Assembly: GCA_029855935.1 (NCBI GenBank)
Contig: JAGSHN010000027.1
Coordinates: 64,001-128,000, forward strand
Origin: Candidatus Thorarchaeota archaeon
Lineage (GTDB): Archaea > Asgardarchaeota > Thorarchaeia > Thorarchaeales > Thorarchaeaceae
Reading direction: 5' to 3'
DNA: 64,000 nucleotides
Below are positions 1 through 11,291 of this stretch, one piece after another. The position numbers were made by a program, and so were the translations under genes. The notes under the pieces are model-generated. The model was not told the origin of the DNA. It saw nothing but the letters and a program-made list of their open reading frames with translations, and did not search any database. Position 1 is the stretch's first letter, and every line of letters begins with the position of its first letter.

Positions 1-747
1 CCACCACACACGGGCCCAGCGGAGGTACCACTGGTCGGCCGTCGGATCAATCACATAGATGTTCCCCCGCCCGCCGAAGCCAGCAGAGTCGAATTTGACC
101 CCGGTGTTCAGCTCGTTGTCCCACTCCAGTCTGAAGAAGTCCTGAGTCCGGCCGGAGTCCGGATCGACTGGATGATAGTCATACCAGTGCTCAAAGGAGT
201 GGTCGGGGGAATCGAACTCGCTGAAGTTGAACACGTAGAGGACATATCCCATGGCTGGTGGCGTGACGGCTGGATTCTCCAGTAGCCAGTCCTCGACAGC
301 ATCGCCATCGATAGCCCGTCCTGCTCGGGGATAGAATATTCTCTGCGGCTCGTCAGGATGAGCCTTCTGATACTCCAGAGCTGTCTCGTTGAGAGCTGAG
401 CCGATGTCATCACCTGTGATAGAGTTGGCGAGCATCACGTCCCGGAGTCGCTCGGCGTAGCTCTGGTTGGCAAAATGGAAACGGTACTCGATATCGTAGT
501 GGATCCACGCGATGGTGGTGGTGTAGTCACGCTCGGTGGGAAGACCTACCCTGACCAGAGATGTGTCGATGACATCCGGATCGAAGTTTACGAACACTAT
601 GTCGGTCACCCAGCTGTGAGAGATAGGGCCATCTTGTAGATCATTGAACCCTCCCGCAGATGGAAACTTGGGGCAGAGCTGCGACAACCCAGGTGGGGGC
701 AACATAAGAATCAGACTGATGATGATCAACACAGACCAGCGGCGCAT
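1..747 (-). CDS. secreted hypothetical protein (partial, runs off window start)
   Basis: Translated by hand from ATG at 747 (MRRWSVLIIISLILMLPPPG...). The frame is open to position 1, with a basic plus hydrophobic signal peptide. Not in the ORF track because no stop lies in the window. Confidence 0.8.
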   Translation of the reverse strand, partial: MRRWSVLIIISLILMLPPPGLSQLCPKFPSAGGFNDLQDGPISHSWVTDIVFVNFDPDVIDTSLVRVGLPTERDYTTTIAWIHYDIEYRFHFANQSYAERLRDVMLANSITGDDIGSALNETALEYQKAHPDEPQRIFYPRAGRAIDGDAVEDWLLENPAVTPPAMGYVLYVFNFSEFDSPDHSFEHWYDYHPVDPDSGRTQDFFRLEWDNELNTGVKFDSAGFGGRGNIYVIDPTADQWYLRWARVWW

Positions 748-1198
748 ACACGCCACAGAGCAGGAAATGTATATTACTTAATCGACGCGAGCTGGACCAG
801 TATATCAGAAAAAAGTACTACATAAATAGACATATTAGGAGAGCCGTCGAGGTTGTTTCAGGCGTCGGCTCCAAAGAACCGCGACACTACAAGGGTAACC
901 AAGAAACGATAGGGACCTTGCATTGAATCCAACGAAATACCGAGTCCGCCGACGCAACCCTTCTCCTTTATTGTCTACCGAAGTCACTCTGGCTGTCGCA
1001 CGTGTAGGGCAATGATTCCGGTGGCAGGGCCTAGCAGTGCCAAGAGAGTCAGACTAAAATGTGATGGTTGCGCGCTTCAGAGGGAGCCGCAGACCGACTG
1101 TGACGTCGTGGCGCCAGCGCCAGTCTTCTGATGCGACGAAGCGGGCGCTACACAGCTCACGATTGATGAACGGACGCAGTGTGAGGTAGGTATCAGAT

Positions 1199-3925
1199 AT
1201 GGCAACTGAGAAGTATGTGTACAAGTTCGGAGCCGGACAAGCAGATGGTAATGGGGAGATGAAGGAAATTCTTGGCGGCAAGGGGGCCTCGCTTGCCAGC
1301 GCAACACTGCTGGGTCTCCCCGTGCCGCCCGGCTTCACGATCTCGACCGAAGTCTGCAACATCTACCTGCAAGAGAGCGACTTCCCCGCCGAGGTCCGAG
1401 AGCAGGTGCTAGAGGCGCTGAAGTTCGTTGAGGGTACAGTGGGCCGAGGCTTCGGTGACCCGAAGAACCCCCTGCTGGTATCATGTCGTTCCGGTGCGCG
1501 CAAGAGTATGCCTGGGATGATGGAGACGGTCCTCAACGTCGGACTCACCACCAGGACCCTCCCAGGGCTCATTGAAACGACGGGCAACGAGCGCTTCGCC
1601 TACGACACGTATCGCCGACTCATAATGATGTACAGCGATGTGGTGATGGAGAAGGCAGAGGGTATTGAGCCGAAAGAGGGCGAGGGCATCCGAGAGCAAC
1701 TCGAGTGGATAATGAAGCGGAAGAAGAAGGAGGTCGGTGCGAAGAGCGACACCGACCTGACCGTGGAAGACCTGAAGGACTTGGTGGAGAAGTTCAAGGC
1801 ACGCGTCAAGGAGGTTCTCGGGCGCGAGTTCCCCGACGACCATATGGAGCAGCTATGGGGCGCAATCACTGCTGTGTTCAAGAGCTGGAACGGCGCGAGG
1901 GCCGTGGCCTACCGCAGGATCGAGAACATCCCGGACGACTGGGGCACTGCCTGCACGGTTCAGGCGATGGTCTTCGGCAATATGGGAGAGAAATCGGCGA
2001 CGGGTGTGGCGTTCACAAGGAATCCCGCGACGGGAGACAATCACTTCTACGGAGAGTGTCTCTTCAACGCTCAGGGAGAGGACGTTGTCGCTGGAATAAG
2101 AACGCCCAATCCTCTCAATGAGGTATCCAAGAACGAACAGAACAAGCACCTGCCGACGCTCGAGGAGAAGATGCCAGAGATATACAGGGAGCTGGTGAGG
2201 ATACGCGATGTCCTCGAGGACTATGCAAAGGACATGGTCGACCTTGAGTTCACTATAGAGGAGGGCAAGCTGTATCTGGTTCAGCATCGTGTTGGCAAGA
2301 GAACAGCGACGGCCGCGCTGAACATTGCACTGGACTTGCTCGAAGAGGGTAAGATTGACGAGAAGACGTGCGTCATGAGGATAACACCCGACCAGCTCGG
2401 TCAGCTACTGTTTCCAATCCTCGACCCCGAAGAGGAGAAGAAGAGAACTCCAATTGCGCGGGGGCTGCCTGCAGGACCTGGCGGCGCCGTCGGGCAGATT
2501 GTCTTTACATCCGAGGACGCGATCAACTCGACAAGAGATGGGAAGAAAGTCATCCTGATACGAGAGGAGACAAGCCCTGAGGACATCGAGGGAATGCGCG
2601 CTGCGGTGGCGCTCCTCACTGCACGCGGCGGGATGACGAGCCACGCAGCACTCGTGACCAGAGGTTGGGGCAAGTGTTGCATCGTCGGTTGCGGCGACCT
2701 TGAGATCGACCCGTTCAAGAAGCAGGTCACCATCCACGGCAAGGTGTACAAGGAGGGCGACGTGTTCACGCTCAACGGTACCGCGGGCCTGGTCTACGAG
2801 GGAGAGATACCGATGATTGACTCCACTCACAACCCGCGGCTCCGCAAGTTCATGGAGCTGGTTGACAAGTATCGTAGACTGGGCGTGAGGGCAAACGCTG
2901 ACACGCCCGAGGACGCCAAGACAGCGCTCGACTACGGCGCCGAGGGCATAGGCCTGTTCAGGACAGAGCACATGTTCTATGGCGAGGGGAGTGAGGAGCC
3001 CCTGTTCCTGCTGCGGAAGATGATAATGAGTCAGTCGCAGACAGAGCGGCTACACGCCCTTGCCGAGCTCGCACCGTACATCAAACGCGATGTCAAGGCC
3101 ACCCTCGAAGTGATGGCCGGCAAGCCCGTGACAATCCGCCTCCTCGACCCGCCGCTCCACGAGTTCGTCCCGCAGAGCAGGATTGGGCAGGAGAGACTGG
3201 CCCACGCCTTGGGCATAGACATCAGTGAGGTCAGAAAGCGGGGAGAGGAGCTCCACGAGAACAACCCGATGATGGGGCACCGCGGCGTGAGGCTGGGCCT
3301 GACTCATCCAGAGATATACAAGACACAGGTGAAGGCCATCTTTGAGGCCGTGTGTGAGCTCAAGAGAGAGGGGAAGGAGGTCCACCTTGAGCTTATGATC
3401 CCCGTGGTCGCTGGCGAGGCCGAGCTGAAGACGATGAAGGCAATAGTCGATGATGTCTACGAGGAAGTCAAGCGCGAGCAGGGAATGGACTTTGACTATC
3501 TCTATGGTACGATGATAGAACTGCCTCGTGCTTGCATGCGCGCGGGTGACATGGCCGAGGTTGCGGAGTTCTTCTCCTTCGGCACGAATGACCTGTCGCA
3601 GATGGCCTTCGGCTTCAGTCGCGACGACGTGGACAAGTTCCTGCCGTACTACCTCGAGCACCACCTGCTGCGGAACGACCCGTTCCAGAGCATCGACAAG
3701 CGCGGTGTCGGCGGCCTGATGAGAATCGCCATCGAGCGCGGCAAGAAGACAAGATCGAACATCAAGCTTGGAGTCTGCGGGGAGCACGGAGGCGACCCAC
3801 GGTCTGTGGAGTTCTTCCACCAGATTGGACTGGACTACGTGTCTTGTTCGCCCTACAGGCTGCCAGTGGCACGACTGGCTGCCGCACAGGCCGCGATAAA
3901 AGAGGAGCGCGGAGAGCTTGAGTGA
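1199..3925 (+). CDS. ppdK: pyruvate, phosphate dikinase
   Basis: 908 aa; GGKG, SMPGMMETVLN, NAQGEDVVAG, catalytic GGMTSHAA, GLFRTEHMF, SFGTNDL, CGEHGG motifs. Confidence 0.97.
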   Translation: MATEKYVYKFGAGQADGNGEMKEILGGKGASLASATLLGLPVPPGFTISTEVCNIYLQESDFPAEVREQVLEALKFVEGTVGRGFGDPKNPLLVSCRSGARKSMPGMMETVLNVGLTTRTLPGLIETTGNERFAYDTYRRLIMMYSDVVMEKAEGIEPKEGEGIREQLEWIMKRKKKEVGAKSDTDLTVEDLKDLVEKFKARVKEVLGREFPDDHMEQLWGAITAVFKSWNGARAVAYRRIENIPDDWGTACTVQAMVFGNMGEKSATGVAFTRNPATGDNHFYGECLFNAQGEDVVAGIRTPNPLNEVSKNEQNKHLPTLEEKMPEIYRELVRIRDVLEDYAKDMVDLEFTIEEGKLYLVQHRVGKRTATAALNIALDLLEEGKIDEKTCVMRITPDQLGQLLFPILDPEEEKKRTPIARGLPAGPGGAVGQIVFTSEDAINSTRDGKKVILIREETSPEDIEGMRAAVALLTARGGMTSHAALVTRGWGKCCIVGCGDLEIDPFKKQVTIHGKVYKEGDVFTLNGTAGLVYEGEIPMIDSTHNPRLRKFMELVDKYRRLGVRANADTPEDAKTALDYGAEGIGLFRTEHMFYGEGSEEPLFLLRKMIMSQSQTERLHALAELAPYIKRDVKATLEVMAGKPVTIRLLDPPLHEFVPQSRIGQERLAHALGIDISEVRKRGEELHENNPMMGHRGVRLGLTHPEIYKTQVKAIFEAVCELKREGKEVHLELMIPVVAGEAELKTMKAIVDDVYEEVKREQGMDFDYLYGTMIELPRACMRAGDMAEVAEFFSFGTNDLSQMAFGFSRDDVDKFLPYYLEHHLLRNDPFQSIDKRGVGGLMRIAIERGKKTRSNIKLGVCGEHGGDPRSVEFFHQIGLDYVSCSPYRLPVARLAAAQAAIKEERGELE

Positions 3926-3939
3926 TTGAGGGGGTGACT

Positions 3940-3972
3940 GAGTGGGGCCCGGCCCCCACTCGTAGCCTTTTT
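3940..3972 (+). terminator. GC hairpin plus T-tract after ppdK
   Basis: GAGTGGGG-cccggc-CCCCACTC followed by gtagccTTTTT. Confidence 0.5.
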
Positions 3973-4012
3973 ATGCCGCGCCCGTCCGGCTGGGCGCAGG
4001 TGAAACGGGCAG

Positions 4013-4969
4013 ATGAGCAAGAGAATACTTGTCACCGGCAGCTATGGACAGATAGGGACAGAGCTGGTTGGAGAGCTGAGGCGACGATACGGTGGGGAGA
4101 ACGTCGTTGCCACGGGTCGCAAGAAGCCACCCGCGATCCTCAAGCGGGATGGCCCGTACTACCAGCTTGATGTGCTGAACGTGAGTCAGCTCCACCAGCT
4201 CCTTGTGGACTTGGACATCGACATAGTCATCCATAACGCATCGGTCCTCTCTGCGGTGGGTGAGAAGAACCCACAGCTGGCATACCGAACGAACGTCGAG
4301 GGGGCGTATAACGTCCTTGAGGCGGCCCGGATTCTAGAGCTCGATCAGGTGATGATTCCGAGTTCGATAGCCGCCTTTGGACCGAGCACCCCAAAGGAGA
4401 ACACTCCGAACGATGTGATAATGCGTCCCACCACGATGTATGGCGTGACAAAGGTCTTCATAGAGCTACTCGGGGAGTACTATACTCACAGGTTCGATGT
4501 CGACTTCCGGTCGCTGCGCTACCCTGGCATCATCAGCTCCGAGGCCCTGCCTGGTGGCGGCACAACGGACTATGCCGTCGAGATATTCTACGAGGCGCTG
4601 AAGAACAAGCGATACACGTGTTTCCTCGCCAAGGACACTGCTCTTCCGATGATGTACATGCCAGACTGTCTCAAGGCCACGATCGACCTGATCGAGGCCG
4701 ATGCCAGCAGACTAAAGCATCGCAGCTTCAACGTCACGGCAATGAGCTTCACTCCAGAGGAGATTGCTAACGAGATCAAGAAGTACATTCCGGAGTTCGA
4801 GATTGAGTACAAGCCTGACTACAGACAGCAGATAGCCGAGTCATGGCCGAGGTCAATTGATGACAGTGTGGCCCGCGAAGAGTGGGGATGGAAACCGGAA
4901 TACGATCTCCCAGCCATGGTAAAGGACATGCTTGACAGGCTCTCGAAGAGACTGGGAATCGAGTACTGA
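4013..4969 (+). CDS. tdh: L-threonine 3-dehydrogenase (extended SDR / NAD-dependent epimerase type)
   Basis: TGSYGQIG, LSAVGE, PSSIAAFG, YGVTK, PGGGTTDYAV, MMYMPD motifs typical of SDR-type TDH. Confidence 0.85.
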   Translation: MSKRILVTGSYGQIGTELVGELRRRYGGENVVATGRKKPPAILKRDGPYYQLDVLNVSQLHQLLVDLDIDIVIHNASVLSAVGEKNPQLAYRTNVEGAYNVLEAARILELDQVMIPSSIAAFGPSTPKENTPNDVIMRPTTMYGVTKVFIELLGEYYTHRFDVDFRSLRYPGIISSEALPGGGTTDYAVEIFYEALKNKRYTCFLAKDTALPMMYMPDCLKATIDLIEADASRLKHRSFNVTAMSFTPEEIANEIKKYIPEFEIEYKPDYRQQIAESWPRSIDDSVAREEWGWKPEYDLPAMVKDMLDRLSKRLGIEY

Positions 4970-5127
4970 GGGTCCCGACAGGGGGCTCCTTCTCTCCCTG
5001 ACCTCATCCCCTCGGCCCGTGTTGATGCGAGCAGTGCTGAGCACCGGAGTTCTCAAATACGCTGGAGGCCAGATTGCGTCACATCACCGCTCCCTGTTCT
5101 TACAGACCGACCTGTGGGTGAGCGCTC

Positions 5128-6861
5128 TTGAAACGCCAAAACTACCTCGTAATCCTGTTCATCTTTGCGACCCTTACTCTCTCCTCCTTCTATCTCGCAT
5201 GGTCTGTTCAACATGGTCTCGGAGAGATAGAGGTTGAGAGCAAACTGACACAGGGGACCGACGGAGAGAGGGCGGCATTCATTCTTATGCGGACCCGAAT
5301 GGAGGCGGACGTTCGCCAACTGGACCTCGTTCTTGCAATCCCCGCTATCGGGTCGTCTGGTGAGAACCTCAGGCTTGTCGGTATGGAACTCGCAAGACGA
5401 AACTTCACCGTCGCTATAGTCGACCTTTCCTCGCTATCACCGCAAGAGAGTCATACGGAAGAAGTGACGCAGCAAGCGGTCGGTCTGTGCGTCCGTGTAC
5501 TGACCGTCCTTGAGAACGACACTCTGGTGAACGAAGACCATCTCGGCATTCTGGCCTACGGGTCAGGGGCGAGTGTCGCGCAGGCACTCATCAGAGAAGA
5601 GATTGATACGCCGCCTCTTGGTACTGTGATCATTGGACCACTGACGGAGGTCAGCAGACTCGATACATCAACACTGAACAACACTCTCGTCGTGGGGGGC
5701 GAGTGCTATGGCCCCACAAGGACAGCATTCTACGACCTGCTGAGAGATGTCACGGGCAACCAGAGTGCTGTTCCTGGTGTGACCTACGGAGACTTCGACA
5801 ACGGAACCGCGATCATGCTTGGTATCTCTTGGGCTCCGGGAGATGCTGCACCCGAGTCGAACATCGGGCTAATTCTCAGCGTGGACTGGCTCGTCAAGTC
5901 GGTACAGGGTGAGGCGCAGTGGAATCACACACTGCGACCATGGCTCATAGTCGCACACGGAGCGGTAGTGGCCCGATGGACTGGGACGCTCGGTATTCTC
6001 GGTTCCGTCGCCTGCGTGGTGGTCATTCTCTCGAAGCCGACACAACACGGGGCAGAGAACCGGACACATCATGCCGAGGAGCCAGACGCTGGTGCCGAGG
6101 AGACACCACTGGCCCGCGTCTTCGGGATGATAATCATTCCAGCTGCCCTGTCGCAGCTGGGCCTCTACATCCCTGCGCTGCTTCTTGCCTGGCTGACAGA
6201 CAGCATATGGATACTGCCGGCACTTGCAGTCGTGGCTGCGGGGCTGTGCCTGAGCGGGGTCCTGTCGGTCACGGCACTTAGAGTAGTGAGTGGAGAGGGT
6301 CTCGCCACACACGTTGAGCCGACATTCGGTCTCGCCACTGTAAGAAGGAACATGCGTGCCATCGTCAGAGCGCTCGTGGTGGCCGCTGTCACGGCGGTTG
6401 GAATGTTGCTCCTCGCCAATGTAGACGACATACTCGGTGTCAACCCGGGAGTCACGTACTCTCTGATTGATGGCGTGGCAGCACTCTGGCCTGCTTTGAT
6501 TGTGAGCATTTTCGCGCTTGCACCTCGGGCCAGTGATGCGGCCTGGCTCCGGAGAATCGAGTCGGTGAACGAGGATGAGAGGTCATGGACATCGAGGGTC
6601 TTTGTCGGGTCTGCGGCCTTCCTGAGAGTGTTCGTCGCTGCTATCGTTGCCCTAGCGCTGTACACATCGCTCATCGACCTGATGAGCCTCTCACCCGCGG
6701 GAGCCCTTCTCAGGCCTGTGATGATTGCGGGCGTCGTTGCAGAGGCCTTCTCTATTCTGTCCTCGCCGATTGCAAGGGAGGAGAGAGTCGACGCCATTGC
6801 CGTGCTGGTGTCCACTGCGGCCGTGACAGGGATCCTACTGGCATCTGCTCTACTAGTGTGA
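5128..6861 (+). CDS. membrane protein with an external alpha/beta-hydrolase-like domain and a multi-TM C-terminal half
   Basis: N-terminal TM/signal, ELARRNFTVAIVD and LGILAYGSG segments, then about 8-9 hydrophobic helices. Confidence 0.6.
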   Translation: MKRQNYLVILFIFATLTLSSFYLAWSVQHGLGEIEVESKLTQGTDGERAAFILMRTRMEADVRQLDLVLAIPAIGSSGENLRLVGMELARRNFTVAIVDLSSLSPQESHTEEVTQQAVGLCVRVLTVLENDTLVNEDHLGILAYGSGASVAQALIREEIDTPPLGTVIIGPLTEVSRLDTSTLNNTLVVGGECYGPTRTAFYDLLRDVTGNQSAVPGVTYGDFDNGTAIMLGISWAPGDAAPESNIGLILSVDWLVKSVQGEAQWNHTLRPWLIVAHGAVVARWTGTLGILGSVACVVVILSKPTQHGAENRTHHAEEPDAGAEETPLARVFGMIIIPAALSQLGLYIPALLLAWLTDSIWILPALAVVAAGLCLSGVLSVTALRVVSGEGLATHVEPTFGLATVRRNMRAIVRALVVAAVTAVGMLLLANVDDILGVNPGVTYSLIDGVAALWPALIVSIFALAPRASDAAWLRRIESVNEDERSWTSRVFVGSAAFLRVFVAAIVALALYTSLIDLMSLSPAGALLRPVMIAGVVAEAFSILSSPIAREERVDAIAVLVSTAAVTGILLASALLV

Positions 6862-6875
6862 ATCACCCATAGAAA

Positions 6876-8099
6876 CTAGTCTTCGTATACCTCAAAGTGA
6901 AATCCGTGGTCTTCGAGACTAGACAGCAGACTGTCGAGGGCCCTCTTGTCCGGAACCTCCAGCACCATCGTGAGCTCTGCTTTGTTGGGAGCAATGTCGG
7001 GGTCCGCACGGTCGTGAGTGATCTCTATCACATTCACGCCTGAGCCAGACACCACATCGATGATCCTGTTCAGAGTGCCCACCCTGTCAAGGATGACTCC
7101 GCGCAATCGCACTGACCGACCCAAGCGGAACAGCTCCTTGTCGACGATACGCCCGAGCAGGCTCATATCGATGTTGCCGCCAGAGAGGACGGCAACGGCC
7201 TTCTTCCCCTTGACGTCAATCTTTCCGAACTGGAATGCCGCGAGGCCGACAACCCCTGCTGGTTCCACGACCGTCTTGGCCCTCTCCAGAAGCAAGAACA
7301 GGGTCCGTGTGACCTCGAACTCGCTCACTGTCACGACGTCTGTGAGAAGGTCACGAGCAATCTGGAGCGTGAGCTCCCCTGGCTGCTTCACGGCAATTCC
7401 GTCACATATCGTGTCGAGAGACTCGGCCCGAACAATCTTGCCTGCATGAAGCGAGGCCCGCATCGCAGCCGCACTCTCGGCCTCCACTCCGTATACCTCG
7501 ACCTCTGGGCGGAGATGCTTGGCCGCTATCGCGATTCCTGCTGCTAGACCACCACCGCCTACGGGAACGGCGATCACGTCCACGTCAGGGAGTGCCTCAA
7601 GTATCTCTAGCCCAATCGTGCCCTGACCAGCTATGACGTGCTCATTGTTGAACGGGTGGATAAATGTCGCTCCCGTCTCCCGAGCGATCTCGCGGGCCTT
7701 GGCCAGCGCCTCGTCGAACACAGCCCCGTGCAGGACGACATTGGCACCGTAGCCACGTGTTGCCTGGACCTTGGCGATGGGTGAGAACACAGGCATCACA
7801 ATTGTTGACTTGATGCCGAGCCTCGTTGCGGCGTAGGCAACGCCCTGAGCGTGGTTACCTGCGGATGCAGCAATGACTCCAGCCTCTCTCTCGCCCTCCG
7901 TGAGCTTGCTCATCGCGTATGTTGCTCCACGGACCTTGAACGAGCCCGTCTTCTGCAGATTCTCAAGCTTGAGGTAGATGTCACCCTCGGTCATTCGACT
8001 GAATGTGGTCGAGAGATCGAGCGGTGTGTTCTTCGCAATTCCTCTCACCGTGTCTCTCGCACGCTCAATCTCCGCAAACATCCTCTCGTAGTCTACCAT
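6876..8099 (-). CDS. ilvA: threonine ammonia-lyase with C-terminal ACT domain
   Basis: KLENLQKTGSFKVRGA (PLP Lys), ASAGNHAQG, VGGGGL, SGGN; ACT-like DRVGTL. Confidence 0.93.
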   Translation of the reverse strand: MVDYERMFAEIERARDTVRGIAKNTPLDLSTTFSRMTEGDIYLKLENLQKTGSFKVRGATYAMSKLTEGEREAGVIAASAGNHAQGVAYAATRLGIKSTIVMPVFSPIAKVQATRGYGANVVLHGAVFDEALAKAREIARETGATFIHPFNNEHVIAGQGTIGLEILEALPDVDVIAVPVGGGGLAAGIAIAAKHLRPEVEVYGVEAESAAAMRASLHAGKIVRAESLDTICDGIAVKQPGELTLQIARDLLTDVVTVSEFEVTRTLFLLLERAKTVVEPAGVVGLAAFQFGKIDVKGKKAVAVLSGGNIDMSLLGRIVDKELFRLGRSVRLRGVILDRVGTLNRIIDVVSGSGVNVIEITHDRADPDIAPNKAELTMVLEVPDKRALDSLLSSLEDHGFHFEVYED

Positions 8100-8287
8100 T
8101 GGAGCGCCTCTCCGATATCATCTGTCTGGGCAGTGTAAGTACTTTGTCCCTATAAGATACCGGGGAGACTGGGCATCAGGCTTCAGACTGAACATTTTCT
8201 GCGCTCTCAGTGCAAGACATAAAACCAGATGTCGAGTGATGAGAAGACGCTGCAACCACGACCATTCGAGGAGGTGCAATACCCACA

Positions 8288-11116
8288 ATGTCATCATATC
8301 GTTCAACAACAGTTGCTATGATGCTTCTGCTCACGCTCATGCTCACCTCGATAATGCTCCCAAGCGCGGTTGCGACGGGGACCGGGGCGTGGCCCCCGCC
8401 AGCGAGCGGCACTTGGCTGATCAACGTCCCCACAGTGGTGAGCGACGAGAATATAACTCTCCAGGGCGACATGATTGTCAACAGCACGGCATTGTTCGTG
8501 AACACGACCATCACGTTCGCCTCAACAGCGTCAACGCACTATAGGCTTGATGTCACCAAGTTTGGCACGCTGACGATGATCAACTGCACGCTTCGCGCAC
8601 AGAACGCGGCCTTTCCGTACTACGTCCGCATCTACGGGACGACCATACTGAATCAGACTGTCGTTCGGAATGCCGGCTATAGTTACGGAAGCTACGGCGA
8701 CAGAACTGGCCTGTGGATCAACACGAACGACACCGTGAGGATTGCCGACTCGGTGTTCGAGAATGTATACTATGGCGTGTTCGCCTACCATTCGATGAAT
8801 ATCTTGATGAGTAATCTCTCAATCACGGCAGACAGTACCGCCGGCACTGCTATTGTTCTCCAGTACAGCTCTGCGCAGATGACAGATCTCGACCTCTCGG
8901 GACAGCACGGTCTGAGGATACAGACGGGACAGGACATCAGTGCGGAGAGCGTAGTGTCAACAGGCGTTGTCTATGCTCTTGAGATTCGGGAGTCAGACAA
9001 CGTGACAGCCAGCGGGCAGTTCTCGTCGACGAACAGCTACTTGAGTGTAAAGGACTCCAACGACGTCACTCTGCACGACAGCGTTGTGACCTCAACGAGC
9101 AGCTACGGGATGTACGTCACAGGGACCACATCGCTGACAATCACCGGAGTGAACGTGACCGGTCACCTCGTAGGTGTGTACCTGTATGACTCCAGTTCCG
9201 TCGATATCGCGTCATCGAGAGTGGACGCAGAAGGGAACCACGGAATACAGGCCACGTTCGGCTGCAGTGACATCACCATCACAGACACCACGGTGAACAG
9301 TCCAGTGCAGGCACTCTCCCTGGACAATAGCAGTGTAATCTACGTCTCAGACGTAACTCTCACCAGCGACACCACTGCGGTCTCGGCGACGAACGTGACA
9401 CATCTGACACTGCTCGACTCTACCATCAGCGGCACCACGAGCGTGCGGCTGGAGGACACAAGCGCAGTCAACCTCACACGCGGCGAGTGGACCGCCGACG
9501 ATCTCGGCCTGCTGATGTTCTCATCGTCGGGCGTCGTGGCGTCGGGAATGAGTATCACATCCAACAGGACCGTTGCAGTCTACGATTCGTGGAACCTGAT
9601 GTTCTCTGACATCAACTTCCATTCTCAGGTTCTCGGCGTCCAGCTGACCAATGTGTCACAGAGCGCGCTCACCGGGTTGAGCGGAGGCGTCGAGGCGGGG
9701 ACCGCCCTCAACCTGATGAATGTCACTACAGTCCTCGTGAACGCATCCAACGTGTGGGGTGGCGAGGCGGGTCTAATCGTGGCCAACTCAACTCACGTCA
9801 CGACAATACAGTCCCACATCACTGGCGACGAGGTCGGCGTCCTGCTGTCCAATAGTACGGATGTCGTCCTGTCTGACCTGTCGGTCGTAGCCAACGACAA
9901 TGCGATCGTCTTCGATAGCGCAAACGACTCCTATCTTGTGGACAGTACAGTCTTCTCGTCATCCAGCTTTGGGATCCGGGTGGTCTCCTCACGGAACAAC
10001 ACTATTGTCCACAACTCGGTAGAGAACTGCACTCTCTACGGAATCGTCGTGACCGAGTCCACCGACAACCTGTTCTACCTGAACTACCTTCGGAACAACA
10101 ACAACAATGAAACTCAGGTTGCAGACGATGGGAATGACAACAGCTGGGACAACGGTACCATTGGCAACTGGTACTGTGACTATGATGGACCGGACCTTGA
10201 CCACGATGGGATTGGCGACGAGCCCTACCTCGTGGGCGAGAATGCAACTGACAGGTTCCCAATCGTAGTCGACGCCGACAACGACAGCATCAATGACTAT
10301 GGAGAGAGTCTATACTTTGGCACAGACCCGTTGATGAACGACACTGACGGCGATGGTATCACTGATGGCATTGAGGTGTTCGTTCTCGGCTCCAACCCGA
10401 ACGACAATGACACCGACAACGATGGTATGCCGGATGGCTGGGAGTACCAGTATCAGCTCAACGTGACCCGTGCCGATGCGGATGAGGATGCTGATGGCGA
10501 TGGGTTGACGAATCTCCAAGAGTATCAGCTGGGGACAGATCCTACTATCGCCGATACCGATGGTGATGGCATGCCTGACGGTTGGGAGGTCGAGAACGGA
10601 CTCAATCCGTTCGCTAACGATGCGGACACCGACAACGACTCTGATGGACTCACTGCAGCACAGGAATATGCAGCATCGACCAACCCCAACAATGCAGACA
10701 CCGATGGCGATGGGATGCCTGATGGCTGGGAGGTCGCGAACGGCCTTGACCCACTGATCAATGATGCCGACGATGATGCAGACAGCGACGGTCTGACCAA
10801 CAGGGAAGAGTTCCAACAGGGCACCTCTCCGCAGACTGCCGATACCGACGGAGATGGAATTGACGATGGACCCGAGGTTCACGCGCTGGGAACGGACCCG
10901 CTCAGCACTGACACCGACGGCGATGGTGTCGACGACAAACAGGAACTCGACAACGGCACCGACCCGCTTCTGTGGGACACGGATGGCGACGGGATGAGCG
11001 ATGCGACGGATCCGCTGCCAACAATCAACAACGTACTGCTGGCCGGAGGCGTCTCTGGAGTGGTCATCATAGTCATTGTCTTGGCCCTGTACCTCCACCG
11101 GAGGAGAGGCCGCTAG
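8288..11116 (+). CDS. cell-surface protein: right-handed beta-helix (NosD/CASH-like), Ca-binding DxDxDG repeats and C-terminal TM anchor
   Basis: Signal peptide, long beta-helix repeats with many NxS/T sequons, [10 protein letters not shown] motif, repeated [12 protein letters not shown] units, terminal TM followed by HRRRGR. Confidence 0.85.
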   Translation: MSSYRSTTVAMMLLLTLMLTSIMLPSAVATGTGAWPPPASGTWLINVPTVVSDENITLQGDMIVNSTALFVNTTITFASTASTHYRLDVTKFGTLTMINCTLRAQNAAFPYYVRIYGTTILNQTVVRNAGYSYGSYGDRTGLWINTNDTVRIADSVFENVYYGVFAYHSMNILMSNLSITADSTAGTAIVLQYSSAQMTDLDLSGQHGLRIQTGQDISAESVVSTGVVYALEIRESDNVTASGQFSSTNSYLSVKDSNDVTLHDSVVTSTSSYGMYVTGTTSLTITGVNVTGHLVGVYLYDSSSVDIASSRVDAEGNHGIQATFGCSDITITDTTVNSPVQALSLDNSSVIYVSDVTLTSDTTAVSATNVTHLTLLDSTISGTTSVRLEDTSAVNLTRGEWTADDLGLLMFSSSGVVASGMSITSNRTVAVYDSWNLMFSDINFHSQVLGVQLTNVSQSALTGLSGGVEAGTALNLMNVTTVLVNASNVWGGEAGLIVANSTHVTTIQSHITGDEVGVLLSNSTDVVLSDLSVVANDNAIVFDSANDSYLVDSTVFSSSSFGIRVVSSRNNTIVHNSVENCTLYGIVVTESTDNLFYLNYLRNNNNNETQVADDGNDNSWDNGTIGNWYCDYDGPDLDHDGIGDEPYLVGENATDRFPIVVDADNDSINDYGESLYFGTDPLMNDTDGDGITDGIEVFVLGSNPNDNDTDNDGMPDGWEYQYQLNVTRADADEDADGDGLTNLQEYQLGTDPTIADTDGDGMPDGWEVENGLNPFANDADTDNDSDGLTAAQEYAASTNPNNADTDGDGMPDGWEVANGLDPLINDADDDADSDGLTNREEFQQGTSPQTADTDGDGIDDGPEVHALGTDPLSTDTDGDGVDDKQELDNGTDPLLWDTDGDGMSDATDPLPTINNVLLAGGVSGVVIIVIVLALYLHRRRGR
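10270..11010 (+). repeat. coding repeat array of D(T/A)D(G/N/S)DG Ca-binding units
   Basis: About a dozen degenerate units such as [19 protein letters not shown] and [12 protein letters not shown]. Confidence 0.85.
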
Positions 11117-11157
11117 ACCTCAAGCCAGACAGACAACTATCCATCTGGGTTGCCAAC

Positions 11158-11192
11158 AAGGGTGGCGTATACCACCCTTCGCGGCTCTTTTT
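11158..11192 (+). terminator. hairpin plus T-tract after the surface protein gene
   Basis: AAGGGTGG-cgtata-CCACCCTT then cgcggctcTTTTT. Confidence 0.6.
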
Positions 11193-11291
11193 CTTAGTAG
11201 CTAGGACGAGAGGAAAACCGCACTCCATGTCCACACGCGACTACAGCGTTGAGCTGGCCGTGCCCGCTCGCCGCACGAAATGGGATGTTCC

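Noticed and set aside
108-413. ORF-track 101-aa ORF
   Set aside because: It is an alternative frame inside the longer open frame 747 to 1, which has a signal peptide.
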